NCBI GenBank assembly: GCA_051362555.1
Contig: CM120646.1
Span: forward strand, 3,100,001-3,164,000
Direction of reading: 5' to 3'
Source: Lingula anatina
Lineage: Eukaryota > Animalia > Brachiopoda
DNA: 64,000 nt
A program made the position numbers and the translations under genes. This document shows positions 1 to 14,588 of this stretch, in pieces. The notes below the pieces were generated by a model. It did not search any database and was not told the DNA's origin. It was given only the letters and a program-made list of their open reading frames with translations. Positions within the stretch are counted from its first letter, which is position 1, and each line of letters begins with the position of its first letter.

Positions 1-780
1 AAGCTATCGGGGCAGAAAATACTACAAAGCAACTTCATTCAGATGTCAGGTTGTTCTGAAAGTGAGTCCTGTCTGGATTAGTTTCAGGCAAACCACAAAA
101 CACAAAAAGTCCACCCTTACTATAAACATTGCGTCAGGCAGTGAAACCCGCAAGCGTGACCTTTTTCACACATTTGTGTCACGAGCACTCATGTGTCAAT
201 CTGGGGGATTTTTAGTCAAAACAAAGCAATTATTTCCAAGTTCTGATACTGTGCAACGTGGTGTAATTACCTTGCTTTTGTTCACCTTCACAGGTCTTAC
301 AAAACTCACCAATGCCACAAAACGCAGCAGACACCATGTAATATCTGATTTTTTTCAATAACACTCCATAAACTCAATTGCCCAAAACCCATGCATCCTG
401 CCGTTTCAACGTGTAGCTCTTGTTTTGACTGAAGTTCAAGGTAGTTGTTTCAGAGGAATTGACAGCTTTCCGTCACATGTTTGTCTCTGAATCAAGTTGC
501 ACTAGCACAGATGTGGGAAAAAAACACCAATACATAATGTTTCTCGGTATGATATTTTTCGCCATAATTCGTTTTTTTTTCAGCAGGGAAGAGACGGATG
601 AATATACCGCTGAATAGAACGCTGTAAACAAAAACAGGAAGGCTCTTGACACCGCGGCCTCCTCACAGAGGGTTTAGTGTTAAGTTGTCCAACATTTCTC
701 TTTGGGGGATTGGTCTGAAAGAGACGTATGTCTGGGATGACGATATTGAATACAACATGCTCTAATTCCATCTACTTGGG

Positions 781-796
781 AGTTGCCATGGCAACT
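781..796. promoter_or_regulatory. Perfect palindromic RFX X-box-like motif (AGTTGCCATGGCAACT)
   Basis: 16-bp palindrome containing the RFX consensus GTTGCCATGGCAAC. No target gene is visible and the motif could be TE-derived. Confidence 0.3.
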
Positions 797-995
797 GGTC
801 GACCCATCGTATCGTTTGCGTATGTCGTTCCAATTGGGAACTATCAGCACTGGAGGACACACTCGTTATACGGCATTTATTTTCATAAAATCTGAACTTT
901 TTTGCTCATTTTTTGCAGGTCTCTTTTGAACGAGGAAAAAACAATTAGCATGTCTATGGTGCATGTAACCGCCATATGTTCTTCACAAACACAAA

Positions 996-1080
996 AGTGT
1001 GTGTGCATGCGTGCGTGTACCTGTGTGTGTCTATGCATGCGTGCGTGTTTGTGTGTGTGTATGTGTGTGTGTGCGCGCGT
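996..1080. repeat. Imperfect (GT)n microsatellite
   Basis: Visible GT/GC dinucleotide runs; they generate the spurious CVCV/THTH ORFs. Confidence 0.9.
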
Positions 1081-4000
1081 CTGTACCACGCCTGACAGGG
1101 GACAAAAACAGTGGATAACTGCACTCGCCAACCTGTGGCTGTCATAACAGTCATCCCATACCGGTTGCGATGCCGGGAGTTCACCCAGTGCAAGCTGCTT
1201 CTTTGGATTAGTCGATAGCACAAGAAAATGTGGTTTCTTCCGATAAAGAAAATAAACAATGCCCGATAAAAAAGGGTCCCGCACACGCGCCTCCCAAGTG
1301 TTATTTCCTGTAGAGCTCGTGCCTATTATGAACGCCAAATTAGACTTGGTTGGTGCACGGTTCATTAAGTGAGCTGGTCCTGAATTAAGAACGGAGTCTC
1401 GTTCTATTTCAGTCCTAGCGCGGCGGATGGGGCTTCAATCACGGCACTCAGAAATGAAATTTTGCTTTTGCCTTTTGTTCCTGCCGCGTTGAATAACACT
1501 GTCGGTCATAGAGCGTGCTTACGAAGACGTATGAGTAGTTAAATCGCTGACTTAACATGTATTTTTTGATTCGCACCAGCTGTCCGACTATGTTACAAAA
1601 ACATCCTATTATTACAAAAGACATGGGGAGAGTATTTTTCGGGAACTCGCCCAATCATTCAGAGGGATTGGCACTAAATGCCCTTATGCGCGTGAACCCT
1701 ATCAAACCGCCTTCACCTTAACACAAGTGAACACTGAACTTCATATCTGATATACACTTTTTGAGAATAAATGAATATTCAAGGTGCACTCTATTCGACC
1801 ACACAGAGCCTTTACTACCTATGAAATCCGCATTCGCATGCAGTGAGCCTTTCCAACTTTAGGCGCGGACATGATCCCAGTCTTGTAGCATTCTGGTTAT
1901 ACAACCAGCCAGGCACCTTGTAGTCACGTATACAGGTACACAGGTACCTTTCGCACGTACGCGTGAAATCACGGATAGCCTGGGATGCTTTGTATGAAAC
2001 CATAAGTCCAAAGCAATAAACAATTGATTTCCCAAAACGAACTCATATATTTCAACTGCTTAACACGTGTTTTTTTTAGTTTTAGAGCAAATATATGTGT
2101 CTGGTGTCGTTGAAACCTTTACCCAAAGTCGATCACCGGCCCATGTCCATCACACGATGATGAAACTACACAAGGTAACGTTTTACTATTTGCAGGGCTC
2201 AAGTCACTTTTCAGAGAAGTTTCAGCGTATACGTTTTGGCGCCACTACCCGGTGTTATTTTGTAATGAGATAATTTTGTTTCTAACCCGCGCTCCTTAAA
2301 CTTTAGGCCAATGTATTCCCGTCTCCTTTCAGAAGATTTATTTTCAACCTTATTAGCCCCGTGAAAGACGACCGCGCATACTCTTACGTTGGAAATGCCA
2401 TGTCTGCGTGCTAACCAACAGGTCCTCTACTGTATACATTTTCTTTCTTTTCTTTTTTCATTTTTTTTCATTGATGTATGTCTATCATTTCATAAAAAAG
2501 AGATACCTTTCTTTTCACTTGTTTAGTTTTTCTCGTTAATATTTTCTTTGCTAAGCGCCAAACACACACATGCACGCACACACACACAAACACACGCACG
2601 CACACACACACGTGGCGGGCCCTCTTCAGACAGTTATTATAACAACGTGACCATGACCCAGACCTTCATCTTAATCCAATAAAATTTGTTGACACAGTGA
2701 TAAAGCGTGGTTATGCATGCCGGCTGGAGGTTGACTAACCTTGGCAAGCTGATAACACAGAGAAGTACTTCTACCAGAACTGGAATGTGGTACAGCACGG
2801 CAGCCAGAGCGTGAAATGCGCAGTGCTATCACCCGAGAATTGCCACCATTTCTGGATGTATCCGGTATCGGTATCCCTGAATATATCCGATATCCCTGGA
2901 TATATCCAATATCCCTGGATACATCCGGGAGCTGGTATATGACCTCCCACTTATCGAGTAAAAACCAAGGAGGACATGTTACAAATAATGCTACTGTTAC
3001 AAACTGTGATAATATTGCTTCCTGATGAATACCAGCAATTCCCCGTCATGAATATGTTATATTATATAAACCAAGTAAACTACTCTATATCGGTTTCTAG
3101 GGGCATGCACCCTCATTGTGAAACTGCCAGTCAATGATTTACCTCTGTTTACTCCAATATACAAGTCAATACTAAATTAACGATTAACAGGTTTTTACAC
3201 ATGTTGGGGTATTTTCATAATCACCCTATCAATGTGTGGTCAGAGGCATATCAATGACATATTAGCAAATATATGTCTGAACTGGTGGTGTAAGGGTCGA
3301 TTTGTATCAAACGGACTTATCTAAGTCTGAAGCAATAACGACAAGCGCACACTTTAGGAAGCTGCGTGTCCAGCACAGAGCTTACTGTACCTGGATGGGG
3401 CATTAACTCGGCGACTCAATATTAAACGCAGTGTTTAAATATATTGAGAAAAAAGTGGTCCTAACCCCTTCTGACCCTTTCTCCAATCTGTACTAGCCAT
3501 CACAGTAACCTCACTGTCACCCCCTTCACCTGAGCGTCTGTAGACGTGATCATTATCATTTATTAGGAGATACTATCTTGTTGCCTCTCCATTTTTGATA
3601 TGTCACGTTTGACTGGGAACGTGGCACACCCCATTATTACAGTTTCACCGGATGATACATAAATTGTGGTAAAGACCGTACTTCTCAGTCATTACTGACA
3701 GAAAAAAAACTAACTTATGGCTTCAACGTGTAGCATGGCTAAGTCGAAAACCGTTCAAGCATGACTACTTTAGATCGAAAATAGGGTAATTGGCGCCTTC
3801 GGACGACTTAAAAAGCAGTTTCGAATGATCTATGTTGTTTTGCCTTTCTGTGAAGACTGGAGATGAGATCGTTTTCTCGTCTGAATACACCTTTCCGCGA
3901 CGTGTCCTTTCTACGGGCGCACACATGAACTATCGCACGTTCACATAAGGAAATCGTGGTACTGTCTAACCGCATGGTTTTACTTACCATATTATGGAAA

Positions 4001-5435
4001 ACAAAACTCATTTACGAAACAATATTCAACGAGTCTGTCAAAAAGTTCTCTCTACTTGCATATGAACAACCAGTTGACCACTGACAATATTTCTGCACTT
4101 ACATCAGAAACGTGGTTAACCACGAGGATCCCTCCCCGCCACGAACGCCCAGACGTTCGACTTGTCTATCGTCTGATTCTGAAACCTTTGACCCTGCCGA
4201 TCCTCTCCACAAGACCATGTGGTCGGTAATCAGTGACCGTAACGTTAGCTAGGCGCAACATGCGGCCTTCTCGTCTCTATAGATTGAGGTCATCATGATC
4301 ATTAGAAGTCAATATCAAAAGTCAGTGAGGAGCGTTTTGGTATATCTGGAAGCCACCCAAATAGTTGTAAAATAGGAATTAAAATTACACAACTTTACAG
4401 CATCAATGAAATACGCAGTTGTAGCCGAGATATTAGATGTAACTATGAAAAGGAGGGCATTTACCCCAGTGCAAGTTTTTTTTTTTTTTTTGTTTTACTT
4501 ACAATCTTAATCGCAGTGTCTGTCTGCAATCAAAAGAGATTGAATAAAAAGCTGTATATTAACGACTTCAACCATGAATCTCATATAGACCGAGACAGCG
4601 GGTAGTTTACACTTTACGCCAGGGTTCGTAACTTTTCACAATTGTGTCGTCCAGGGTACACGCCAGATCCAAAACCTTACGTACACATTGCCTTTTGTTC
4701 CGTCACGGTACAACCCCCGAATGCTATTTTTACCATCTAACCCTTTTTTCTCCTTCAACAAAGAAAATTCAGATGCCAATATCCATGAAAGTGGGCCCTT
4801 TGTTATATAAACTTTACCTAGGCCTTACGAGTGGGAATTTCATGAGTCAAATTGTTCCGGTTTTACTGTGTATAACGAGAAACGTGCACGTGTACAGTGA
4901 GTGTACATATATTTGTGTGTACCTGTACATTATTATGTGCCATTGCTCCACTATCCGTTGCCTTTTATCTGATAGGTTTATAGTACGGGAGCCCTGGCCT
5001 GTCTCTTTGGCAAACATCTACCTCGCTCCAAACAAATTTTATCTCTGCTTATTTTCTTCTCATTGCACACCCATAAATCGAAATAAATGTCCTCTTTGTG
5101 TGCGGATGATGTGTGCGTATATTTCCTAAATTTGAAACGAAATCGGAGTTAATCATTTCGGCATGATCTTATTTTAAAATCTTTTCCTCAGCAACGTCGG
5201 GTCGGAGTTGAAGACGTACTGGACCAGGCTAGGTGATGTAACTAAGCAGTCGCTGTCTGTCGATGCTATTTTCGGCCCAAGGTGAACTTTTCTGAGCAAT
5301 GAATCACACTACATTATGGGAGGATTTTTTTTTCTTAACCACAAAAATCAAATTAAAAATCAGCTGATGGCCCCAAGGCGCGTCTGTCAACATTGACTGA
5401 CGTTTATTGCATTGCGCGGTAATGGGGTGCTTTAT

Positions 5436-5436
<1 letters not shown>

Positions 5437-5483
<47 letters not shown>

Positions 5484-5596
5484 CCACACTCACACCTCTT
5501 TCTCGCTCTCTACCTTTCTCTCTCTTTCTTTTTTCCCTCTCTCTCGGTTTTTCTTTCTGTCTCTTTTCCTCTCTCTCTCTCTCGCTCTCTCTCTCA

Positions 5597-5628
<32 letters not shown>
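5437..5628. repeat. Compound (CT)n/(CA)n microsatellite
   Basis: Visible dinucleotide runs; they generate the LSLS/RERE ORFs. Confidence 0.95.
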
Positions 5629-5634
<6 letters not shown>

Positions 5635-8519
5635 TTGCACCCGTTTTCTGTATCCATAGCGCACTCACAATGCCATACCCAACTCTGGCGTCACCAGAGC
5701 CCTTTAAATCTACTTATTAAGCGATATATAATACTTTCTGCTGGGCCGTTGCCTGGGCAATTTACCGAGAGAAACTGCTGTCCCGATTCGCGCACGTGAA
5801 GTTATGGCAGTTGCGGTACACCACTAACGGCACTCGCACTGCTCAACGTCCGCCTACCAATAGCTATAGAGAACATATACCGCTGTCATCTCGTAATTAA
5901 TGACTAATTTTTTATTAGGGGGCCAATGTTCGCAGGGTTAATTTTCACTACTATACTTAATTCTACTTCCTTTTTTAATTCTTGAAAACGTTTTGGCCGT
6001 ATGAATATCCGGAAAATACCTCCATCAATGTTATTTCTTCTTTTTTCAAAGAAAAAAAAATAAATAAAATAATTCTCTTATCCTTACGTATAACTAACTT
6101 TTCATCAAAAAATCAAAGATCCCTTTTATATAAACGTCAGTTTGTTCTATGCAGGTCTATAATATATCTCTACAGCGCTTTTTACTGAACTGTCTGGTAA
6201 TAATGCGTATCACGGAACTATGATTCAGTGTACTGCAAATATATTCCTCCAGCTTGATTCTTAGAATTATCCACATGAAAATGCACATTATGTCATCTTA
6301 TTCATAGAATCTTCTATCCAAGAAAATTGACAGTGTATTCACACAGCGCATAAATTGTTAAACGACCCCTATCATTTAAAAAAAAAAGAGAAAAAGAACA
6401 TGAGTGAAAAATCGTTGGCGTTTTCAACCCCTGCCCGAAGAGAAACATATACTTCTGTATGATCATTAAAATATTACAAAACAACACCAACACGATAGTG
6501 AAAGCCAATCCCCGGATCACTATCTGGGAGTTTCAAAATTAATACAAATTTTGTTTATACAAATGTACCCACTGGCCTCTGATACATGTACATATCTATT
6601 ATATACGACTTTGTTTTTCATCAAAAGCACCCTAATCTCAGATAATATTCGTCACTTGCTTCTTTTTTTCCTGACACTAACCATATGCCAGTTATAGACA
6701 TAACAAAAGGACAATGTGACGGAATATGATGACAAATGTGTTGTTCTCAGTTTCTATATCGCACTCCCACCACCCGAAATTTTTAACCGCCCCCGACATG
6801 AATGACGTGAGCACACGCAAACCTAAGTTAACTGAATTTTAATAACCTTAACGAAATACATCTCAAGCTGTCATAACAAGAAGACAAGCCTCAAATTATC
6901 GGGTTGATACTCATTTATGAAAGAAAATGTCATAAATTTCCTTTTCAAGGATGGGAGCGGGGGTTATCTCTCTCAGAAAACAATATTATTATCGATGTAT
7001 GGAAATGCTCTTACTCTGCTGTAATGTCAAAATAGTGCCTATATACTGTACATTGTGGGTGTTAATGATAAGCTCATTAATCCGAAATGCGCTTGGTTCG
7101 ATTTGTGAAAATTCGTTCGATTTCCGATGAAACATATATTGGTCTCCTTAAAATAAGTACGCGTTTAAATTTACAGTCGCTATTGCGTTAGGGTCCATAG
7201 TTTTCAAAAGTAAGTATGGTAAAAGTAGCTTTACAGGCATTAAAATAATTCCTATTTCTTTTGTCATATCGGAATATCTTTGAGTTAGGTTAACGTTCAC
7301 TGCGCTGCGAAAAGCTCTGCTCTTCTTATATGTTTTCACCGTGGTATGACAATAATTGACAGTGTAATATTATCCTATGTATCTATAAATAACTGTTTGT
7401 AATCCAGCCGTAAAGTTCAACAGAGGACGAAATACAGGCCATAACACACAAATCCCCCCCAAAAAATTATCATTTCAATAGAACAAGAAACATATGTAAA
7501 CACTTAAGTTTATCCCTTCTTTCTCAGTTACCTGCCAATCACTGAAATCCTTAAACCATCTTTCTTTTTAATCTGCGTTCCATAGGACTTAACTAATGGA
7601 AATTCCCAAGTGTTTCTTGAACTAAGAATTCACACCGCAACGTATAAAGCGTAGTAAATCTAAGTCGAATACGGCGGCGTTTCGGAGCGTGGCGCAATAC
7701 AATGTCAACATTTCATGAGTAAACCTGACTTCATACTGGTATATTATAGGACATGAATGACCACATTACATGCACCGGGGCATATCTTCATTCCAGCAAC
7801 CAACAAGACAGTACAGAAGCATTAGGCACTCTACCATACCCTCACCTCGTGCCGACCTGGGCCCCTCTCTTCGCCCGGTTGCTCTCCGCTCTTATCTGTC
7901 CGTTATCTAATGGCCTATTAGTGGCGATAATCACACCACTGACCACACGAACAAAATACCATATCGCACTGACCACAAGGACAGCCACATATCGCACGCT
8001 AGAGAGCCTTTCCGAGTTGGGACGAGATCGTTAAACCTCTTTAAGGCACTAACGTATTTAAACTCGCTCCTACCTCGTGTAAGAATATATAACCAGTATA
8101 CTCATCTAACATTAAACACGCCTGTGAAGCTGTATAGAATGAATGACTTATCAATATATGCCGGTATCTTATCCGGTTTTTATGTAGTCTGAGTAAGACC
8201 GCATATCGAATCATCCTAATAATTAATTATCATATTATATATATGATGAAAACAACCATAATATTTGCGACCAATGTCTATAATCCCTATGATAAACCTT
8301 AGGCCTACACTTTGAGGGTAGCCATAATACACAGGGGAAGTTTTCTAAGACTTTTTTGTCAGTTATATATTTGTGTTTACCTTAAATCCCAATTCAAATA
8401 CAGTAAAAAGACAATCACACTCAAATGACATTTATATCATATACTTAATTATGTTATCAACCAGACCCATCAGACACAATTTACACTAGTATAAAAAAAG
8501 ATACAGCGTGTCGACTTAC

Positions 8520-8542
8520 CGGTCTCCAAGTCCATTCTTCAT
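8520..8542 (-). CDS. Candidate first coding exon (MKNGLGDR) of an unidentified - strand gene running left
   Basis: Minus strand reads gcgATG AAG AAT GGA CTT GGA GAC CG|GTAAGT, a consensus donor. A GC-richer leader and a CCAATCA motif (~8948) lie upstream. I found no downstream exon. Confidence 0.25.
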
Positions 8543-10602
8543 CGCCAGCCTCAGATTGAAAAATCCCTAGCTTGACTCATATCAGCTGGTCGACCGCAAT
8601 CGATGCAGATGTCAGCCTTAGTGCTTGGCAGCGAGGAAAATAACCCCTGGAAATCGACAGTCAGTCAGCTGTGCCTTTTACTGCTTCTCACCCCGCTCGC
8701 CAGCTCGCACTGCAGTGTGCAGTGTCCTTAATTTAGCAATCATTAAACTTTTTGTGTGCAACTCACACAGTGCACATTGGTAAGAGTTTCAAATTATTTT
8801 ATAACTTACCAATTTTATGTTTCAAAAACAATTTTATTTTGTGCGCATATGGATTTATTACACTTTAAGTGCGAGTTTTTAACCTGGGTGAAGGCGTGAC
8901 CTCTAACAGCAAAGCGCGAGGATTAAGCGGGGTGTGTAGGCTAACAGCCAATCAGAGCGCGCCTTAAAGAGATGGTGTTATTTTTAGAATGCAAGCATGG
9001 AGACTGCAACTGTTTAGTTTAAAGCGATCGCTGAGCATAAACCTACTGTGCTTTCGTCGTATTTGCCACGGCTAGGAGTTGCTTTCTCAGTGCGAAAAGA
9101 GTTCTCTCCTCCTAGCAACGGGGCTATACGCTTTAGTTGAGATACTCCCCATTAAATAAATGCTCATATGCCGAATATAACATACAAGCTTGACGATGTC
9201 GAAACAGTAGCGATCGTCATTATATTCAGTTCCATACCACTGTACTTGTCGTATTATATATGCATATCTATTATTATACTCATTCGGTGATAGACGTAAA
9301 ATAAACTTATGTCGCAATGGCAAATAATGATAAGATAATAATAAAGAGGGTAATTATTATCATATTTCCGTGTATAATATAACGTCTGAGCCTGTGCATT
9401 AGAATTCAACAGCAGTGTAAGAGCAATAGAAATGAATAGAACGCGATTCGTCATGTTATTGTTTCAATATTGCACGTAATTTCCTACATAACAATAACTC
9501 CTAGCGGGTAAATGTACTTTACTTATCCCTCAGCCAATGGGGAACCTTTTCATGATAAACCCAAACCTGTTTATGGGCTTCCATGATACCTGTAGAAATT
9601 TTCTGCCATAATATATAAGATTTTTTTTCCTTGAAGGCTTCGCCATAATTGAACTAACTCCAGCAAGGTCACCTCATCGATCTAGTAATTTATGTCGTAA
9701 GAATGGCATTAAAGTATGAAAAAAGGGGGAAAAGAACAATGGCGAAAATCCTGCGTGACAGAAAAGATCTACAGTAGTTTCTATAGTTGTATAATACCGC
9801 TGCCTTGAAGCCTTAAAAAGATCTCTTCCGTATTCATTCATGTACCTGCTGAGCCAAGAACTTAATATTAGTGACAGCGTTCATGGCATCGAGCAGTGGT
9901 TTTCCTGCTGCACCATGTTAACAAATATCGTAACGGTTTTGAAATTGAATCTGGGGACACAAGATTTTACTCGTAATTTCACGTCTGTGGCGCATGTTTC
10001 GGAGGGTCCCAGTCTGCTCAGTCCACCCGTTCTTCGCTCATAGAGCGTTCCGCAGAACACCGGAATTCTACGGTCGTCTGCTACATTATTTAGAGCGGAT
10101 TTACATTTTTTTGTGTGTGTGTGTTGAATAAGACATATTCCTTCATTTTCAAGAAAACACATCAGGTATTAGTATAAAATATAATATATATGGTAAAAAT
10201 ACACGAGGCAAAAGATCAAGGATTTGAACCAAAAAAAAAAAAAAAAAATTCTCAAAATTATAAATCTAAATCGTTTGTATTTCTCTTCGATTCGACTTTT
10301 AACGAAAAAATGTTTCACTGTCCATTCTCCCTCTAACTGCTCTCTCTCTCTCTCTCTCTCTCTCTCTAGCCCCTTGTTAGAAAGATAGGACGCCTCTAAA
10401 GAGGCCTGGGTTCATATTGAAGAAATTAAGATTGAGGAAACCTTTGGAGCAGCTGTGTTATGTTTTTCAGTTGTCGCTGTTCAGACTCTGGCTAGGGCCT
10501 TGACCGATATTCCCGCTGAAGATATGTGGAATGTTCCTGCAGCAATATATAACATTTACGTAATAGCAAAATAACATTATTTACTGTTTCTCTTATTATT
10601 TA

Positions 10603-10644
10603 TGTGTGTGTGTTTGTGTATGTGTGTGTGTGTGTGTGTGTGTG
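10603..10644. repeat. (GT)n microsatellite
   Basis: Visible repeat. Confidence 0.9.
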
Positions 10645-13600
10645 ATAAGAGTAATTGAAATATGCACATATATACTTACGCGGAGAAAAATATAAAGTCA
10701 ATTTTAAGCTCAGAATGCTTTTCACTGAAACAAAACACGGCTTAACCAGGTTAATCTTATATGCGTTGGCAGTTCATGCTTGATCGGGTTCGCAATAAAA
10801 TCTTCATGCAACAGGTAACCCAATCAACCGGTGCTGTTTACCAGCGTGACACGCACCAAGGCCACGTCTATGTAAATGTTGTTTTAAGTCGCTTACAGTA
10901 TTGCGGAGTATCCCAGTTCTTGGAGTATTAGTAAACAGCCATGGCCGTGTGGATATCGCCCTGTGGTGGTCGGAATAAATTTTGGCAATAAGCTCAAGAC
11001 ATTTTCAAGCGTATTGTAAGAACTTTTTTTAAATCTTAATCGTAAGATATAGCGAACATATATCAATTTAGCACACGCGCGATTTTCTTCTGAGGTCAAC
11101 AATGGATTACAGAAAAGCTTTTTATCACGACCGTTAATTTTAATTAAAATAATTTGTGTGCCTGTGTTTCTACCAAATAAATGTATGAAAAAGAAAATGT
11201 TAATTTCCTTAAATCAATGTTTATCTGAAATAAACTCAAAATAATTCTGCGTACAGGGAGCGTTCCAGTCGCGCCAAACAGGGCCTTGTTCACAATTTCA
11301 GGACAGCCGGTAAATACGTACTGCCAACTGCTCCAACTGCAGCTGTTGACTTGATACAGTTTCAAAACCCGTATAGGTCACGTGGTCGCATCTAGGGCCC
11401 TTTGTGCAAAGACCGTGTCTAGTTAATATTAAATTCAGTCTTTTCATCCATGATGAGAGATCAAATAATTTATGCTCAAAATTTCTTCATTTTTTTTCCT
11501 TTTTAAATTTATTAGACTGTTTTTAAATTTGCAGTAGGGAAAAAAGAAGAAAACTGGATAGGATTAGAATAGAAACCACGAGTCTCTTTGGTTTAGAAGT
11601 TCGTCGCCTGAGATTTTTTTCTTTTCAAACTTACCTGATATGTCTGTCATCATTGACTAGGTTAGGTGTGAAACGCCCGTGCTGATAAATTGCTCTGGAT
11701 ATAATAACGTGAATATGAATTGTTCAAGTAAGGGAATGTATTTCATTTACGGCGGTTGTGGTAAATGGGGACGTATACCGTAAGTAAAAATTTTGGCTTG
11801 TGCTGAAGGATTTCCAAATTACATCAGAAACAATTGTAGCAGTCTTTGGTCTGTGTAACTCCAGTTCATACCTGTAGTAGCGGCTGCAAGCCAGGGCAGT
11901 TTGGACTTCATTAATGTGTTAGATGAGCTGCGCATGTCACAACAGCACAATCGGGCCACAATTGTGTCCTCTTATTATACTTTCGTCCACAATCTCTCTC
12001 TCTGAAGGACGTTGTTACGGCAGTATCATAAAACATACCCTTAGTACATTTACTTATTATTATAAATGAATTATTTTAATGATTTTCCAATCTTTACAGC
12101 CTGTTCACTCCACTGAGACACCCGACTCCACATTTTCTACCGAGCAGCCCGTCTATCCAGCCGCCTGTATGGCCTCGTAAACGACAAATGTATTCTATTT
12201 ATATAGCTCTGCTTAACACACAATATAATCATCATGGATTATGATTTTACATCCATAAATCTCAGGAATGGCGAAATAATATATTGACCTGTGACACCCT
12301 ATCTATGATGTTTTCACTGATATTTGACCAGTCAGAGAAGAGAGCACATGTTATCAGTCATACGCCAACCATTCCGGATTATGTACAGCGATGTTTTATG
12401 TTAAAATTATAATTTCAAGTCATTTTGGAGGATGTTGATGTTGAATTATACAATAAAAAATCATTGACTTCCAGACTTACACCCCAGACCAAAGATACAG
12501 TGCATAAAAATTTCCAAAGTTACATGTATATCTGGGATGGGATTTCCGCATGTTGAACGCATATTGGCATGTATGTGTCTGAAAATGATAAATAGATGTC
12601 ATTTAAAAAGAAAAACGATATACAATTATTGTCTTTGACTGAGACCGCCACTTGGCTAGGTTCAACCCGAAGCTGAGCACTCACCTACTTAACTGATCGA
12701 CGCCGAAGAGGTGACTGATGCACAAAGTCTACTGGTATAACTGCTTGGTTACACGATCACAGAGTTTTAAGACGATTGTGTTTTCATAATGGGCTATATA
12801 TAACTGGCGGCATGTACATTAACAGTCCGAAAACGCCCCAGGAAATTAAAAAAGGGAGGACAGAGGAAACGGAATGAGGAGAACGAGAAGTAACCCTATA
12901 GTAGTGAATAAAGAATTATGCTAGAACAAAAAGGTGTTTCTGGTTTTTACCTTGCGTATCAATAAAGATGTGCCAACAGTGCCAACAGTGTTTATAAACA
13001 ACCTGGTTACAACATCCAGGCTACCGACGACATAAATGATATGCTAATTATATCATTGTTGGTGATTTGTATGGAAAAGACTGCTGGTACTCTTGGAATA
13101 ATTGTTTTAGATAGTGAAAAGGTTTGTGAATTTTGTCTTTAACGAAGTGTCATGAAACCTAGGAAATATTACTGATGTGAACATTTCCCTTTTTTAAGAA
13201 GACCAAAATCAGCTGGGATTTTAAAATTGTTTTTATTAATTTGTTTTATACTTTTCAGTTAGAACTCATTTACCTCTAAGGATCCGAAGTAATTGGAATA
13301 TTTCAAGCTGCCCAAATGTCTGAAGGCATTATGACCCGTTTTAAATAAAGCAAGACAACTACAGGCCATGCTTGCAGCTCCTTATGAATACCACCATAAT
13401 TACTGAAGACAGTGATTTCTTTTTGTATTTTTAAGTATCATATATAAACTGACGATTGTTTCTCAGGAAAACTAGCCGTGTCCAGACAAGGAAACATTTG
13501 CTTGGTACTGCGCACCTTCTGTGACATTCCATTCCTTGATATTACAATTTTGGATTAAGAAACTTGCATAATCAAAGAATTGGCATATCTATTTCATTTA

Positions 13601-14396
13601 AACGTGAAAATGCTGAAATGTAGAAGCAAAAATATAATACTCAGTAATTGAGCTGTTTTTGGGTAAGTGTCATTTGTCCTCTGTTAGCGGTCTGTTGCAT
13701 ACCCAGTGAAACCTTGAGAAAAAAAAACTACTCAGAAATAAACTTTTTTAAAGAAAAGTTGTACGGGATTCCTTTGTGAGTCACTTGGATATACTTTCAG
13801 TCAGTATGTTTACAATGCACTGGTATATTTATTTACTTCATCTAATGGTAATTGCATAATGTCTCTCTAAGATTCATGATGTTTTTACAGAAACTGGTCT
13901 TAATGATTTTTTTCACTATCCAAGTAATTATGATGAAAAATTTATTGTACCTCTAGTATATCAAAAACTGATGGATATTAAACAACAAGCTATATTGTCA
14001 GAGATTAACGACTCGAGAAAGTGCTGGCTCTATAGACACCTTATCGACCGTGTTACTATTCAAACTTATCTTACAAACCAATCCCGCTCCAGTTTAAGAA
14101 AATGATTAGTAAAATAAGATTATCATCCCATAAACTTGCAATTGAAACGGGCAGATACAGTAAAATCCCTATTTCACAAAGAAAATGTTCCTATTGCAAT
14201 GATGTGGAGGACGAATTCCACTTTATACTGGGTTGCTCTAGATATTTAGATTTAAGAAAAAGGTTCATCAAACCTTTCTACTGTAATAGACCCTCGGTGT
14301 TCAAATTGGTTCTCCTGCTGAATTCTTCCAGTAAGAAAGTATTATGTAACCTGGCACGATATCTTAGCCAAGCAGGAAGGCTTCGGCATGAGATCT

Positions 14397-14460
14397 AATC
14401 TAATTTGATCTAATTTGATCCAATTTGATCTCATTTGATTCAATTTGATTTAATTTGATT
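14397..14460 (+). repeat. 10-bp tandem repeat (TAATTTGATC)x~6 in the LINE 3' UTR
   Basis: Directly visible, degenerating towards the 3' side. Confidence 0.85.
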
Positions 14461-14588
14461 TATTTAAGTAGTTTATTTATTTAAGTACTCATGTATTTAA
14501 TTTACTACAGGTACTATTATTATTGTTATAATGATTATGATTACGATTATTACTATTATAATTATTCTTTGCAATAACCCTATAGTTG

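Noticed and set aside
883-1365. ORFs of 81-160 aa with CVCV/THTH runs (likewise 5404-5799 and 42550-42815)
   Set aside because: Translations of dinucleotide microsatellites.
4644-5129. 161-aa ORF
   Set aside because: Non-ATG start, no recognisable motif, no splice or paralog support.
9058-9516. Weak inverted ends (GCTAGGAGTT / AACTCCTAGC)
   Set aside because: Possibly an old MITE, but the match is short and no TSD can be defined.
9840-12200. Several exon-like GC-richer patches with AG/GT sites (e.g. 10471-10559, 11257-11309, 12100-12177)
   Set aside because: I could not join them into a consistent, recognisable reading frame; RNA-seq is needed.
12673-12752. 15-bp inverted match to 15157-15171 and a ~25-bp direct match to ~15263-15290
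   Set aside because: Too short and inconsistent in orientation to define an element.
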